A stretch of DNA of 64,000 nucleotides from Chrysemys picta bellii (taxonomy: Eukaryota). Location of the stretch: contig NC_088802.1 of the NCBI RefSeq assembly GCF_011386835.1, positions 54,622,001-54,686,000 of the forward strand. The letters are read 5' to 3'. Shown here one piece after another: positions 1 to 11,720 of this stretch (its first letter is position 1; each line of letters begins with the position of its first letter). The notes under the pieces are model-generated. The model was given only the letters and a program-made list of their open reading frames with translations. It was not told where the DNA came from and searched no databases. A program made the position numbers and the translations under genes.

Positions 1-154
1 CAGAGAGGGGGTGTCACTTCTCAGCCCAGGAGTGATGGAAGCCGGGACACTGGTAGTGCTGTGTGGCCGTACTGTGCCCTTCCGAGTGTTTTCCTGACAG
101 GCATGAAGGGAGCCTCTCCGCAGGCCTGTGGGGTGAGTATCAGTCTCCCTCTTT

Positions 155-285
155 TACAAACGGGGAGGTGCTGGAGCCCCAGAGAAGGGAAACAATTCGC
201 CTAAGGTCATGAAGCAAGTCAGTGGGAGAATCCAGAGAGGAACCCAGGAGTCCGGAGCCCCAGGCCTGTGCTCTAGCTACTGATC
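155..285. mobile_element. MIR/CORE-like SINE fragment
   Basis: Segment ttacaaacgggga...cgcctaaggtcatgaagcaagtcagtgg...gaacccaggagtcc resembles MIR-type cores recalled from memory. Similar decayed pieces lie near 12990, 22150, 23690, 31200, 49160, 52090 and 53530. Boundaries approximate. Confidence 0.4.
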
Positions 286-617
286 CTGCCCCCCCGGGGG
301 TTGCATTTTTGCAGTGTTGCCCAAATTGTTGGTGGGAGCGGTGGGGATTGAATCGGGCTCTGAGTACAGCAGCAGGGCCTGCTCTCAGCTCCGATTTGAA
401 TGCCTAATTATTATCCAGCATTAGCTGAGTAGGATTCTAGCTCGTTTTCCCTGAGCGCTGCGCACAAGGATCCCCCCCACCCCAGCCCTTTATAGCTCCC
501 ATTTTAAAACCAGGCCATGTCCCTCCCCGGCAGCTTTCCCCATGGCTCTAACGTTCTTCGGGGAAAACTCTGCGCCGGCCTGGCTTGCAAATGTAGGCTC
601 CAGTCTTTGGAAGGGCT

Positions 618-1050
618 GTGCCCCTATATAGCCCGCAGGTAGCGGGCAGAGGGGGGAGGGCGGTGCCCCTACAGAACCCGCAGGGAGCAGACGGAGGAGG
701 GAGGGCGGTGCCCCTAGACAGCCCACAGATAGCGGGCAGCGGAGGGAGGGCGGTGCCCCATAGAGCCCATAGGAAGTGGGCGGCGGAGCGGTGGGCACTG
801 CCCCATAGGGCCCGCAGCAGGTAGTGGGCAGCGGAGGGAGGGCGGTGCCCCTATAGAGCCCGCAGGTAGCGGGTGGTGGAGGGGGTGGTGCCCCATAGAG
901 CCCGCAGGGAGGGTTGTGCCCCGTGGGGCACGTGGGGAGCGGAGGGTGGAGGGAGGGCGGTGCCCCTGTGGAGCCTGCAGGCTGGGGGGGGGGGGCAATG
1001 CCCCTATAGCTGTTGCCGAGGAAAGGGCAGGGCCCCTATGGACCCAGCAG
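618..1050. repeat. Degenerate 45-bp G-rich tandem repeat (~11 copies) upstream of TTYH2
   Basis: The anchor gtgcccc recurs at 618, 663, 708 and 753 (period 45), then less regularly. Unit is approximately gtgcccctatagagcccgcaggtagcgggcagcggagggagggcg. Confidence 0.85.
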
Positions 1051-1330
1051 GTTTTGGGGGGAGGGAGGGGGGCTGGCTGCGCGGTCCCGCGGGGGGCGTG
1101 GCTTGGCGGGTGCGCGCGGGTGGGCGGGGCCTGGCCGGGCGCTGGAGCCGAGCGGGGCGCGCGGAGGAGCCGGTCCGGAGCCATGGCCCTGCTGGCCGCG
1201 CGCGCCGACTACCTGGCGCCCTGGTGGGCCGCCTGGCTGCACCGCTTCCCGCACGTCAACCTGCGGCTGCAGCCCGTGCCCAGCGCCTTCCGCCCGCAGC
1301 AGCCCGACTACCAGCAGGTGGGTCCGCGCC
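1050..1330 (+). promoter_or_regulatory. TTYH2: CpG-island promoter/5' end of TTYH2
   Basis: Dense CpG. GC boxes GGGCGTGGC at 1094-1102 and GGGCGGGG at 1122-1129 lie just upstream of the gccATGg start at 1183. The TSS cannot be located from sequence. Confidence 0.7.
1183..1317 (+). CDS. TTYH2: Tweety homolog 2, coding exon 1 (MALLAARADYLAPWWAAWLHRFPHVNLRLQPVPSAFRPQQPDYQQ)
   Basis: Kozak gccATGg and a Tweety-type N-terminus (DY.APWW..WLH..PH..LRLQPV). Donor CAG|GTGGGT, 135 nt, phase 0. Confidence 0.95.
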
Positions 1331-2395
1331 CGGCAGCCCCCGGGCACCCGCCCCCCTTTCCCTCCCTGGCAGCCCCCGGTCCCCCTCCGCCCCGTGCACC
1401 CGCCCCCCTTCCCCCGGCAGCCCCCAGACCCTCCCCGTGGCAGCCCCCGGGCACCCGCCCCCCTTTCCCTCCCCGGCAGCCCCCGGTCCCCCTTCCCCCC
1501 CGTGCACCCAGCCCCCCTTCCCCCGGCAGCCCCCAGACCCTCCCCGCGGCAGCCCCCGGGCACCCGCCCCCCTTTCCCTCCCTGGCAGCCCCCGGGCCCC
1601 CTCCGCCCCGTGCACCCAGCCCCCCCTCCCCGCGGCAGCCCCCAGACCCTCCCCGCGGCAGCCCCCGGGCCCCCTCCGCCCCGTGCACCCAGCCCCCCTT
1701 CCCCCGGCAGCCCCCGGTCCCCCTCCGCCCCGTGCACCCAGCCCCCCTTCCCCCGGCAGCCCCCAGACCCTCCCCGCGGCAGCCCCCGGGCACCCGCCCC
1801 CCTTTCCCTCCCTGGCAGCCCCCGGTCCCCCTCCGCCCCGTGCACCCAGCCCCCCTCCCCCCGGCAGCCCCCGGGCACCCGGCCCCCCTTCCCCTCGTGC
1901 ACCCGGCCTCCCCCTTCCCCCGGCAGCCCCCAGACCCTCCCCGCGGCAGCCCCCGGGCACCCGGCCTCCCTGACAGCCCCCGGTCCCCCTTCCCCCCCGT
2001 GCACCCAGCCCCCCTTCCCCCGGCAGCCCCCAGACCCTCCCCGCGGCGGCACCCGGCCCCCCTTCCCTCCCCGGGCACCCGGCCCCCCTTCCCCCGGCAG
2101 CCCCCAGACCCTCCCCGCGGCAGCCCCCGGGCACCCGCCCCCCTTTCCCTCCGTGCATCTAGCCCCCCCCTTCCCCCGGCAGCCCCCAGACCCTCCCCGC
2201 GGCAGCCCCCGTGCACCAGGCCCCCCCTTTCCTCCGTGCACCTAGCCCGCCTCCCCCCGGCAGCTCCCAGACTCTCCCTCCCGGCAGCCCTGGTGCACCC
2301 AGCCCCCCTCCCCCCAGTAGCCCCCGTGCACCCAGCTCCCCTTCTCCCTGGACTTTCCTCCCCGGCAGCCCCCGTGCACCTGACCCCCCCCCGTC
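1327..2395. repeat. C-rich compound minisatellite at the start of TTYH2 intron 1
   Basis: Three subunits each start with ggcagccccc (gggcacccgccccctttccctcc; ggtcccctccgccccgtgcacccagcccccc; agaccctcccc). They are permuted in blocks of about 105-110 bp. Confidence 0.9.
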
Positions 2396-4369
2396 TCCCC
2401 CTCCCAGGCACCTGCGCCCCAGCTTTATGCGCTGCCCTCTCAGCCCTTGCTCCCTCAGTCTCTTTCTCCCCCACCCCCTTAGTGCCTCCCCCAGACCCCC
2501 TGCATTGCAAGCCCCAGTGCAGTCAATTCCCACCTGCCATCTCAGGGCCATTCCTCCTGTGTAACCCCCCCCCCCCCCCCTCTGCACACTGCGAACCTGG
2601 GGGGCAGCTCCGGGGTCACCCTCGTGTGCTGCCAACTTCCCCGGGGCAGCGCCCGCATGTGCGGATTCCCTGGCGCGCTAACCCCGTGCCCAGGGCAGTC
2701 TGCATGCGCCCTACCCTGCGGGCTCGGCCGCTCCTCAGCCACCCCCTTGCCAACCCATGGCAGCTTCCGCCCCCAGTAGGGGAGCAACCAGAAAACTGGT
2801 ACCCAGAGCTCCCCGTTCCTGCCCTAGCAGGGCAGTAGCTGGCCCCTTCTCATTACCCCCCACTCCCCCGACCTGCAGCCTGGGTACCGCCAATAAGAAC
2901 CTGAATAAAATTAATGCATCCCAGGCCTTCCCCCAAATCCGGCCTCTGCCCCCAGCCTGGCCGTGGCTCTGAACCTTCCCAACCCAGCCGGGCTTTGCCT
3001 GTGGGGCTGTGTGGAGGGGGGGATGGGGAATCGCCTTTGGAAAGTTTCAGTCTGGCTACAAAATGGATTTGCTGGGAATCAGAGGGAGCTCTGGGTAGGG
3101 GAGGTGGAATCCATCCCTGTTTCCCATGGGAAAATTTCTAATTTCCAGGTACCTTTTTCCTCCACACTCATGCTGCATGTGGACCTTTTGTTTGCTCTAT
3201 TAAAAAAAAAGGGGGGGGGGGGAAGCAGATATTTATCTCCTGGGGGGTGTCCTGCTGGGGAAGAACCTGTAGGGTAAGCAGAGAATACAGATTTCTAGGC
3301 CACGGATGGCGCCCCCTCCCCGAGTCCTACAGATTATGTTGTCACCTGAAATGGTATTTACAAAGGTAACGGCTCTTGCCTGCTAACCACGCTTTCCTGT
3401 GTGCAAGAATCAGAGATTTACTCGGTTGTGTTAATGTTGGAACCTGTTCTGTTCGTTTCCGCTGTGTCTCTGAGTGCGGCGGCTGCAGGGAGCCGCTAGC
3501 CAGGGCCAGCGTTGTAGGAGTAGTGCGCACATTAAAGGTTTGGCCAAACTTAGTTATTGAGAGAAAAAAATCTGCAAAATGTTTCTTAAAATGCAAAGTT
3601 CTTCTCTTCCCAGCGAAACATCCCCTTGCAGGGTTTGCAACCCAGGCCTTGCCCCAGGCTGGGAAGAAAAGCAGAAATGGCAACTGTCTAGTCAGTCTTT
3701 CTGCTGTGAATGAAGGGGGAGGGAAGCAAACAAAGGGGCGTTAAATCACTGCTTCTCTTCTGCTCGCCATGGGCCTCTAAAGCATTGGATTCCATTAGTG
3801 CCACCCAGAAACCAGGGCTCTCTTGTGCTAGCAGGGCCTTTGTCGCACTCCTCTGAACACACCCCACAAGAGGGGAGTTGCCACTCTTTTTAATGTTAGG
3901 TTTTGGATGGAACAAGTTTTGGGGCCAGTGGGAAGCTGCCCAGGTGTTCTCCTGCCCTTTGGTGTTTTCAGACCGTTTGTAGGTGCAAGGAGTGATCGGC
4001 TGGAGTAGCCGTCTGCCTCCCTGGACGTGCCCCTAGCCACGGTTAGGAGATGTGCAGTGCAAGGGCTACTTGAGTTCATCTTCTGGAGCCCCCTTCAAGT
4101 GGCTCTCAGGGCAGCTACTGTACTGTACACCCCCTTTCCCCTGCCCCCCCCCCCCCCGCAATACTCTTCCAGTGCGGCAAGGCGCGTGGGGGGCTTCTGT
4201 CCTGTCAAAGCAAAGCAGAGGATGCAGCCGGTGACCGAGGGATGCTGGAAAGCGGGGGACGTGGGCAATGGCGCAGCTCTTCTTCCAGCCATCGGTCCTG
4301 CTACTAGCTCCGTCCCTCTGACTGACCCTTTCGCACCCTCCCACTGCCAGTCCTACCTGTCCCTCCTCT

Positions 4370-4590
4370 AAAAAAAGAACAGGAGGACTTGTGGCACCTT
4401 AGAGACTAACAAATTTATTAGAGCATAAGCTTTCGTGGACTACAGCCCACTTCTTCGGATATATATATGCATCCGAAGAAGTGGGCTGTAGTCCACGAAA
4501 GCTTATGCTCTAATAAATTTGTTAGTCTCTAAGGTGCCACAAGTCCTCCTGTTCTTCTTTTTGCGGATACAGACTAACACGGCTGCTACT
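4370..4590. mobile_element. Short palindromic retro-insertion, Penelope-like (Neptune-type) repeat typical of turtles
   Basis: Perfect 86-bp inverted arms 4375-4460 and 4471-4556 with a 10-nt loop. The 13-bp direct repeat CTGTCCCTCCTCT flanks it at 4357-4369 and 4591-4603 (TSD). The family name is from memory. Confidence 0.8.
4469..4508 (+). ncRNA. Minimal type I hammerhead ribozyme-like motif (U4C core variant)
   Basis: GCAT-CCGAAGA-A-GTGGGC(TGTA)GTCCAC-GAAA-GC-TT-ATGC: stem I GCAT/ATGC, 6-bp stem II, and palindromic AGCT in place of stem III. Confidence 0.55.
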
Positions 4591-7500
4591 CTGTCCCTCC
4601 TCTGTGCGTCGCTAGCCCTCCTGGCCCTGCACTGCCAGCCCTGTCCTTGTGAGTGTGCTACAGAGAGCGTCTTGGCTTTTGTGCTTTGTTGGCAGGGGAC
4701 AGCTCAGTCACCTCCGGGAGAGAACCCCAGGTTGAAACCCAATGGCGCTGACTCCCAGAGTCTCCGAAGGCCTTCAGACAGCGCCATGTTGTTTGTTGGG
4801 GGCTGGGCCCTTGGATGAAACGTTAAAAGTTACTGCATTGTCATTATCCCCCTTCCTATGACGCTGTTGTACTCTTTGCTGGTTGACTGCCACCCTCCAC
4901 CCCAGAGGTGGCTGCATTTCAGGGGTGCCGCCTCGGCATAATTCCCAAAGTACTTTGAGTTGCAAGTCATTATAGAAACGCAAAAAATTATACACAGTCG
5001 ATGATTGACAGCGAGTGGCCAAAGGTTTCCAATTACCCTGGAAAACCTGCTGATTCCAACCCGTGCTAATTGAATGCAGGGCTTTAAGCACAAGCCTGTG
5101 GGGTTAGATGCGTCCTTTTCTTACTACCTGTCTGGGAGATGAAGGCAGCTAGCTCCACACACAGCTTGAATGGCGGCTGTTGGCAAAATGGGGAGTGGCA
5201 TGGCTGGTGGGGGGAGGGAAAGGGGGGGACTAATTGAGAACATTGTTTTTGAATTTGCACCTGAAACCCAAGGATCTCAGCTTTGAGCTCGAGCAGTGAC
5301 TCTCGCGCTGGGACCCCGTCTGGCCGTTGCGCAATACGGGAAGGCCAGGCGGGTCGGTACGTCAGAATTGGAGCACGAGAACCAGGATGCGACTGGTCCA
5401 CTTCACCGGCCTGGCTGGGCGAAATGCAGGGAGCAGGTCCCTCTGCGAGGAAAAGCCACTTCGAGTTCTTCCCCCCCTCCTTTGTTGATTTCGCCTGCTG
5501 GGTTGCTCACAAACACCTGCAAAGATGGCTCTTTTTGAGCAACCTGGGTAGCCTGGCGTGTCCCTTCAAGCACTGTTGGGCTGTGTGGAGGGCAAATGCC
5601 CGGCCGTTGGTGCTGGTGAAGTGCTGGGAAGTTCCCCGTGCTCTCCTAGTGCCCACCCTGGCTTGGTTTGTGGCTCTGAGTGTCTGTTTAACAAAAGGTA
5701 CAAGGTAATTTGGAGCCTGACTGGTGCATTGGGGTGGGGGTCCTGCCTCCCATGAGCTTCTCCACCAGGGAAAAGTGGTGCGGCGTGAGGAAGCTAATGG
5801 GGGCTGGTAAGCAGCTAGAGGTCGCTGGCAGCACAGTGCACGGCTCTGAGTAGCTACCAGGTGGGCGGTGGGGTGCCTGTGACTGGAATCGCTTGTTCTG
5901 ATCGGTGCTGGACAGGCCCCGGGGGGCTGGGTGTGGGCTGCTGCTGATGGAGGGGGGTGCTGGCGGTGCTAGGCCTGCAGGGCTATAACCAGAAGGTGAC
6001 CGATGCGGATGAGGTGCTGGTCAGCTGGAGCGTGGACCCGGGCGAGAGCTAACTCCTCCCTCCCGGTGCGTGTGGCTCCGTCCCTGACGCGGTGGGTGGG
6101 CCCCAGTTCTCCTTCCTGGGATACAGGCCTGCTCAGGATGTGCCACGTGGACATGGGACTTGGCTGCCGGCTTCGGGACCTGGCCCTGCAGCGTTGGAGC
6201 GGCTCTGGGTGATCAGAGCACAGGGGCTCTGAGATCCGTTGGGAGCCCAGGGCCGCCCTTAGGAGAGTGTCCCGGGGTCTGTGGACACTGAATGTAGCAC
6301 TGTGCGGGAAGCCGAGGTAAGCTCGGGAGGGACTAGCCCACCGAGCCAGGTAGAGCCCGCCTCGGCGTTACCAGCTTCTCTGCCAGAGCAGCCGTCCTGT
6401 TCTCCCCCTCGCGCTGTGCGCCAGCCCCCTCGCTGGGGCTTAGTTCCTGTCTGCAGGGCCCCGCCTGCTCCCACTCCGGCCTGCAGCAGGGCCCGTTCCA
6501 GCCAGGAGGAGTTGTAGCACCACCAAAATGGAGCTCTGCCCCCCGCCCCAAGCGCCGGTCTGTTGCCTGTGGACACCAGTCCCCATGAGTTAGGGGCCTG
6601 TCCCGCTGTCCTCTGCTAAAAACACACCGCTCGCACCCCTATTCGGTGCGCTCCTCCCCAGGGGTGGCCGCACTTCCCTGGTGCTGCCTGCATATAGTCT
6701 GCAAAGCACTCATGGCTGAAAGACACCATACAGACGTGTACGGCTATGACTTTTCTTCTTTAATCCTCCCCACCATGAACCCACCGCTCCCCAGGAGGAG
6801 CGCCCCTCCCGGCTCCATTCGGCACCCCACAGCCCTTTCGGAGGGGCTACTCAATGGGGTAGAGTCGGCTGCAGTGTATTCAGAACTGCAAAGCGCACCA
6901 GCCCTTGCTTTGCTCTGAATCCCGTGCGGTTCTCTCCAGGGAGCGCTGTGGAGGCTGCCCGTTATCTGCCATCGATAATTTGGGGGGAGCGGTTCCTGCT
7001 TGGTCTCGTGCCATCGGGAACCGGTGGTGCACTCGATTCCAGCTGCCTCGATAAGATCGTATCTGCTCACTAATAAGCATGGCTGTGCCAAACCAGGCCG
7101 GGCAGGAAGGAAACCTTCAAACAATACAGCTGCGCACAGGAAGCCCTTTGCAGCCCTCTCACCTTCCGTGCAAAGGTGTCGGGCGGGTTTTCTGCTGCTC
7201 GGAGCCCAGCGGCTGCTGCTGAGTGAGTGCACGGTGCTGCTCGTGGGGAGGAGGGGGGGTGCTGGGGATGTAGGTCGTGGATGACATTTTCATAGCACCT
7301 TACAGGCAGTGTGCAGAAATGCGGCCACCTCTGGGGTAGCGTGCGGCGGGGCGGGGGGGGAATGGAAGCCAGCCATAGTGGGGATGAGCCAGTATGCAGC
7401 GCTGTTACCTGGGTGGGAGGGGAAGTCCTGCAGGGTTGTGGCAAGGTCTCCATTGAAAGGAGCACAGCTCGTCCGCCTGGCTGGGTTTGGCCCTGTGGCT

Positions 7501-7733
7501 GCCGGGAATCGAGGGCTTGGCGCTGGGACTGGGTCTCAGGCTGAGTACGCTGGCAGTGGCAGCACTGTCCACTCGCGTCAGGCAGAAGCTGCTGCGGGCA
7601 CACGACACCGGTGCTCTTGGGGGGACTTTCGCAGACGCCCCGAGGATCTGGTTTCTCTTCTACACAGCCTCTTCGAACACAGGCGTAAAGACGGGAGTTT
7701 GCCAGCTCCAGTCTGAGCCTGGCTCTCTGTGCC

Positions 7734-8749
7734 CAGGGAGATGTGTGCGGGGCCGGGGGCAGACTGGTCCTGTGGTGTCCAGGGAGATGTGTGCGGGGCC
7801 GGGGGCAGACTGGTCCTGTGGTGTCCAGGGAGATGTGTGCGGGGCCGGGGGCAGACCGGTCCTGTGGTGCCCAGGGAGATGTGTGCGGGGCCGGGAGCAG
7901 ACTGGTCCTGTGGTGCACAGGGAGATGTGTGCGGGGCTGGGGGCAGACCGGTCCTGTGGTGTCCAGGGAGATGTGTATGGGGCCGGGGACAGACCGGTCC
8001 TGTGGTGCACAGGGAGATGTGTGCGGGGCCGGGGGCAGACCGGTCCTGTGGTGTCCAGGGAGATGTGTATGGGGCCGGGGGCAGACTGGTCCTGTGGTGT
8101 CCAGGGAGATGTGTGCGGGGCCGGGGGCAGACCGGTCCTGTGGTGCCCAGGGAGATGTGTGCGGGGCCGGGGGCAGACTGGTCCTGTGGTGCCCAGGGAG
8201 ATGTGTGCGGGGCCGGGGGCAGACTGGTCCTGTGGTGCACAGGGAGATGTGTATGGGGCCGGGGGCAGACCGGTCCTGTGGTGCACAGGGAGATGTGTAT
8301 GGGGCCGGGGGCAGACTGGTCCTGTGGTGCACAGGGAGATGTGTATGGGGCCGGGGGCAGACTGGTCCTGTGGTGCACAGGGAGATGTGTATGGGGCCGG
8401 GGGCAGACTGGTCCTGTGGTGTCCAGGGAGATGTGTGCGGGGCCGGGGGCAGACTGGTCCTGTGGTGCACAGGGAGATGTGTATGGGGCCGGGGGCAGAC
8501 CGGTCCTGTGGTGCCCAGGGAGATGTATATGGGGCTGGGGGCAGACCGGTCCTGTGGTGTCCAGGGAGATGTGTATGGGGCCGGGGGGCAGACCGGTCCT
8601 GTGATGCCCAGGGAGATGTGTATGGGGTGGGGGCAGACTGGTCATGTGGTGCCCAGGGATATGTGTATGGGGCCGGGGGCAGACTGGTCCTGTGGTGCCC
8701 GGGGAGATGTGTATGGGGCCGGGGGCAGACCGGTTCCGTGGTGCCCAGG
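7734..8749. repeat. 46-bp minisatellite, ~22 copies
   Basis: Unit cagggagatgtgt(gc/at)ggggccgggggcagac(t/c)ggtcctgtggtg(tc/cc/ca). Starts at 7734 and 7780 give the period of 46. Confidence 0.95.
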
Positions 8750-11359
8750 CACAGCGAGGCTTGCCTTTCTCCTGGAGGGGTGTGAGGATTGGCTTGGACC
8801 TGTGCCACGCTTTGGTGCCGACGCAGTACTGCGTGGTGTGACGGCGCGCCTTTCGCATGGGCACGGGCGTGGTTTAACCGACGATCGTAGCTGGAGGTCT
8901 AAGTCCTAACCCCCGATGTGCCAGGTTTCTGTCTCACTCCCTTTGGACATTGTGTGCCGGGGGGGCCTGGGTACCAGTCCAGCTGGGAAAGCCCAGGGCT
9001 CCAGGGAAGAACGACCAGTCTCTGCTCTACAACAGAACCGCCGCTTCTTTGCTGGATGACCCCGATGCCCTGTTTATCAGCCCCACCTCCCCCCAGAGGA
9101 GCGTGTGCAGCGGGAGGGAGAGGACGTGGCGGGAACAACTTTCTTGTGCAACCCCAGCGTCCCGCAGCTCTGCTCTGAGCTACTGGCTGGGCCCAGGCCG
9201 CACTGGCTGCCCCTTGCACCACGAGGGAGGGGATCTGCGGAGGCCAATCTCCCAGCGAGCACTTGCTCGCCCGGCAGCCCCCGGGGGCGTCCGCTGCTGC
9301 TTGTGTCACTTCCTGTGCCAACCAGGCTGCTGGGTCCACGTCCCCTGGGAGCTGCAGGGAAAGTGTTTGAAAACTCTTCCCCCTGGGTGGGTGGGGGGCA
9401 CTGGCTTAGCCTGGGGGAGGGCTGCGGAAACCAGGGCAGCGGCTCAGGTGATTGGAACATCGCTGCTCTGTTCAGAGCGGCTCTCTCGAGCCAGGTCCTC
9501 GCAGGAAAAGTTTCTGCATAACGCACAATCCCAGGGCTGCAGTGGATTGATTGGGCTGCGGCCCCCACACACCTGCTCTTCCAGCCCCGGGTCGCCCCCA
9601 CAGCTCTGCGGATGCCCCTCAAATCCTGACCCCCCAGTCCCCTGCTCTTCCAGCCCTGGGCTCTTTTTCCTGACCGGGGTCCCCAGAGGTGAAAGCACCG
9701 GGTACAAGGCGGGGCCCTCGCTTCACCCTCTCTCTAATAGAGACTTCAGCACAGTTCAAGGGTCTAGCCTCACGGAGAGATCCCAGCCCCAGCCCCTGGA
9801 CTCTGCCCCAGTGCTCGCTGAAAGCTCTGTTTTAACGGAGGGACGGACCTGGGCCTCACTCTCCCTCTGGTCAGCGAGTGTGTTGCAAGTTCCAGTCTGG
9901 GTGCAGGATTCCCACTGCAAAGAACTGACCAAGGACGTCCCCAGAACAAGCCGGGTCCCTGTACTCTGTCACCTCGGGTTAATCATTGTCCCTGCCTCCA
10001 AATGACACCTTTTCACACCCTTCCCGCTGGGATCCGGCTCAGTCCGCTCAGCGGCTTTGAGCTGCTCCAAGCTCCTCTCCTGCCTGTGACTTTGTCGGCT
10101 GCCTCTCCCCTTTCCGGCCCGCTGGTGCAGCTTTGCTTTCACGCTTTGTAGGGTTGGGTTGGTCCTAAGCAGCAGTGGCATCGCTCTTCCCCCACCTCTA
10201 ATGCATCTCCTGCCATGGCACCGGCTCCACCGAGCCCAGGGCCGGTGCTGGTCTAACCCATTCTAAGAGCCTCTCACCAGCCACTCGCAGTGCTGTGTAA
10301 CGGCCAGAGCCACCCGCAAAGCAAGTCCAAAACGACATGCTGCCTCGGCCGGTCCGCGTGCCGATCATCCCAGGACTTGGGAGCTGGGTCCGTAGCATGG
10401 GGCTTTCGATGAGCTGAGAGCCCCTGGTCCTTGCCATTTCTGGGCTGGTGCCAGCTCCTCCCTTGATGCAAAACAGCAATGCAATAGCAGGTGGGGAGCC
10501 GACGGGACAAACGGGGCTTTATTGAAACCGGAGGGGGTGGGGGCGTCCCCCCTTCAGAGAGCCGCTATCGGGAAGCGAGATGGAGGAGCGGAAATTCGGG
10601 CTGATGGAAGCTGCCCGCTCGGTACCAGACTGGCTGTCGCTGTGTGAGAGCCAGGTGATCAGAGCTGCTTTCCCCTTCTCCTTGTCACTGGGCTCACTCT
10701 GTTCCTCGCTAGCTGCCCCGGAGCAGTGCAGAGCTGCGGCTGCTCCCTGCCTCTAGGAGCAGGTGAACGGCTGACAAAGGTTGGAATAAAAATATGCAGT
10801 GACAAGTGCACCAAAAAAAAAAGGCAGGACGTGGGCCTGCCTCTGGCTGGGGAAGGGAGTGGGAGAAGATCCCTGCTGGAGGGGGTCAGCATCAGGAGTT
10901 AACCTGAGTCGCTGTCATCAGCCAGTCACGCTCTGAGGTTTCCCGACCCGGGAAGGGAGGCGTTAAATATAGGGGAACTGGGAGCTAAAGGAAGGTGGCG
11001 TCTGCCTGGGCCGTTGTGTGTCAGGACTTGTATTGCACCAGTGTAATGCCTTAGGGGGGCTGCAGTGTGCAGGGTGAGAGAGTCCCTGCCCCAGTGAGCT
11101 CGCAGACCCGACAGAGCAGGGCAGGGAGTTGCCCACGGTTGTGCCAAGCCAGGGGTAGAACCCGCGGTTTCTGAGGCCCCGTCCAGTGCCGTACCCATGG
11201 GACCGTCCTGCGATGAGCTCCCCTCTATGCCTCCCTGGGAGAGGGTCACGCCCTGCAGGGTGATTGCTGCCTGCCTCTGTGGCAGGGGCCGTGCGGTGCT
11301 GCTGAGGAAGGCCTTGCCCGGGCCCGGCTGAGGACACGAAACTTCCAGGGATGCCCGCT

Positions 11360-11720
11360 GTGCGTCACAAGGACGGCCCACCTAGCCCAGTGTCCTGTCT
11401 TCCGACAGTGGCTGGAGCCAGGTGCTTCAGAGGGAACGAACAGAACAGGGCAATCGTTGAGCAATCCAGCCCCAGCTTCTGTCAGTCAGAGGCTTCGGGA
11501 CGCTGAGCATGGCCTGGTGTCCCTGACCAACTTGGCTAATAGCCATTGATGGACCTATCCTCCAGGAACGGGTCTAATTCTTTGTTGAGCCCAGTTATAC
11601 CTGTGGCCTTCACGGCATCCCCTGGCAATGAGTTCCGCAGGTTGGTTGAGCGTTCGGTGAAGCTGTACATTCTGCGGTGTGGATTGCATGCCATGCGCTC
11701 CTCTCCCTTTTCTTCGATAG
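11360..11720 (-). mobile_element. CR1 LINE 3' fragment
   Basis: Contains tagcccagtgtcctgtcttccgacagtggc...ggctaatagccattgatggacctatcctcca...ggcaatgagttccgcaggttg, which resembles the reverse strand of reptile CR1 3' ends recalled from memory. Confidence 0.65.

Noticed and set aside
1-620. Exons of the upstream neighbour RPL38, expected from human synteny as I recall it
   Set aside because: No RPL38-like peptide was seen in the window.
916-1182. In-frame upstream extension of TTYH2 from a GTG at 916
   Set aside because: Non-AUG start inside a G-rich repeat. The ATG at 1183 has a strong Kozak context and matches the family N-terminus.
873-2510. Several 300-410 aa Pro/Gly-rich ORFs on both strands
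   Set aside because: They lie on the C-rich minisatellite, which lacks stop codons in most frames. Overlapping ORFs in nearly all frames argue against coding.
7734-8749. Possible CRISPR-like array (also considered for 47290-47988)
   Set aside because: Units are contiguous with no unique spacers, there are no cas genes, and the context is vertebrate.
7070-8909. ORFs of 290-470 aa on both strands
   Set aside because: Products of the stop-free 46-bp repeat. The period is not a multiple of 3, so the same peptide blocks cycle through all frames.
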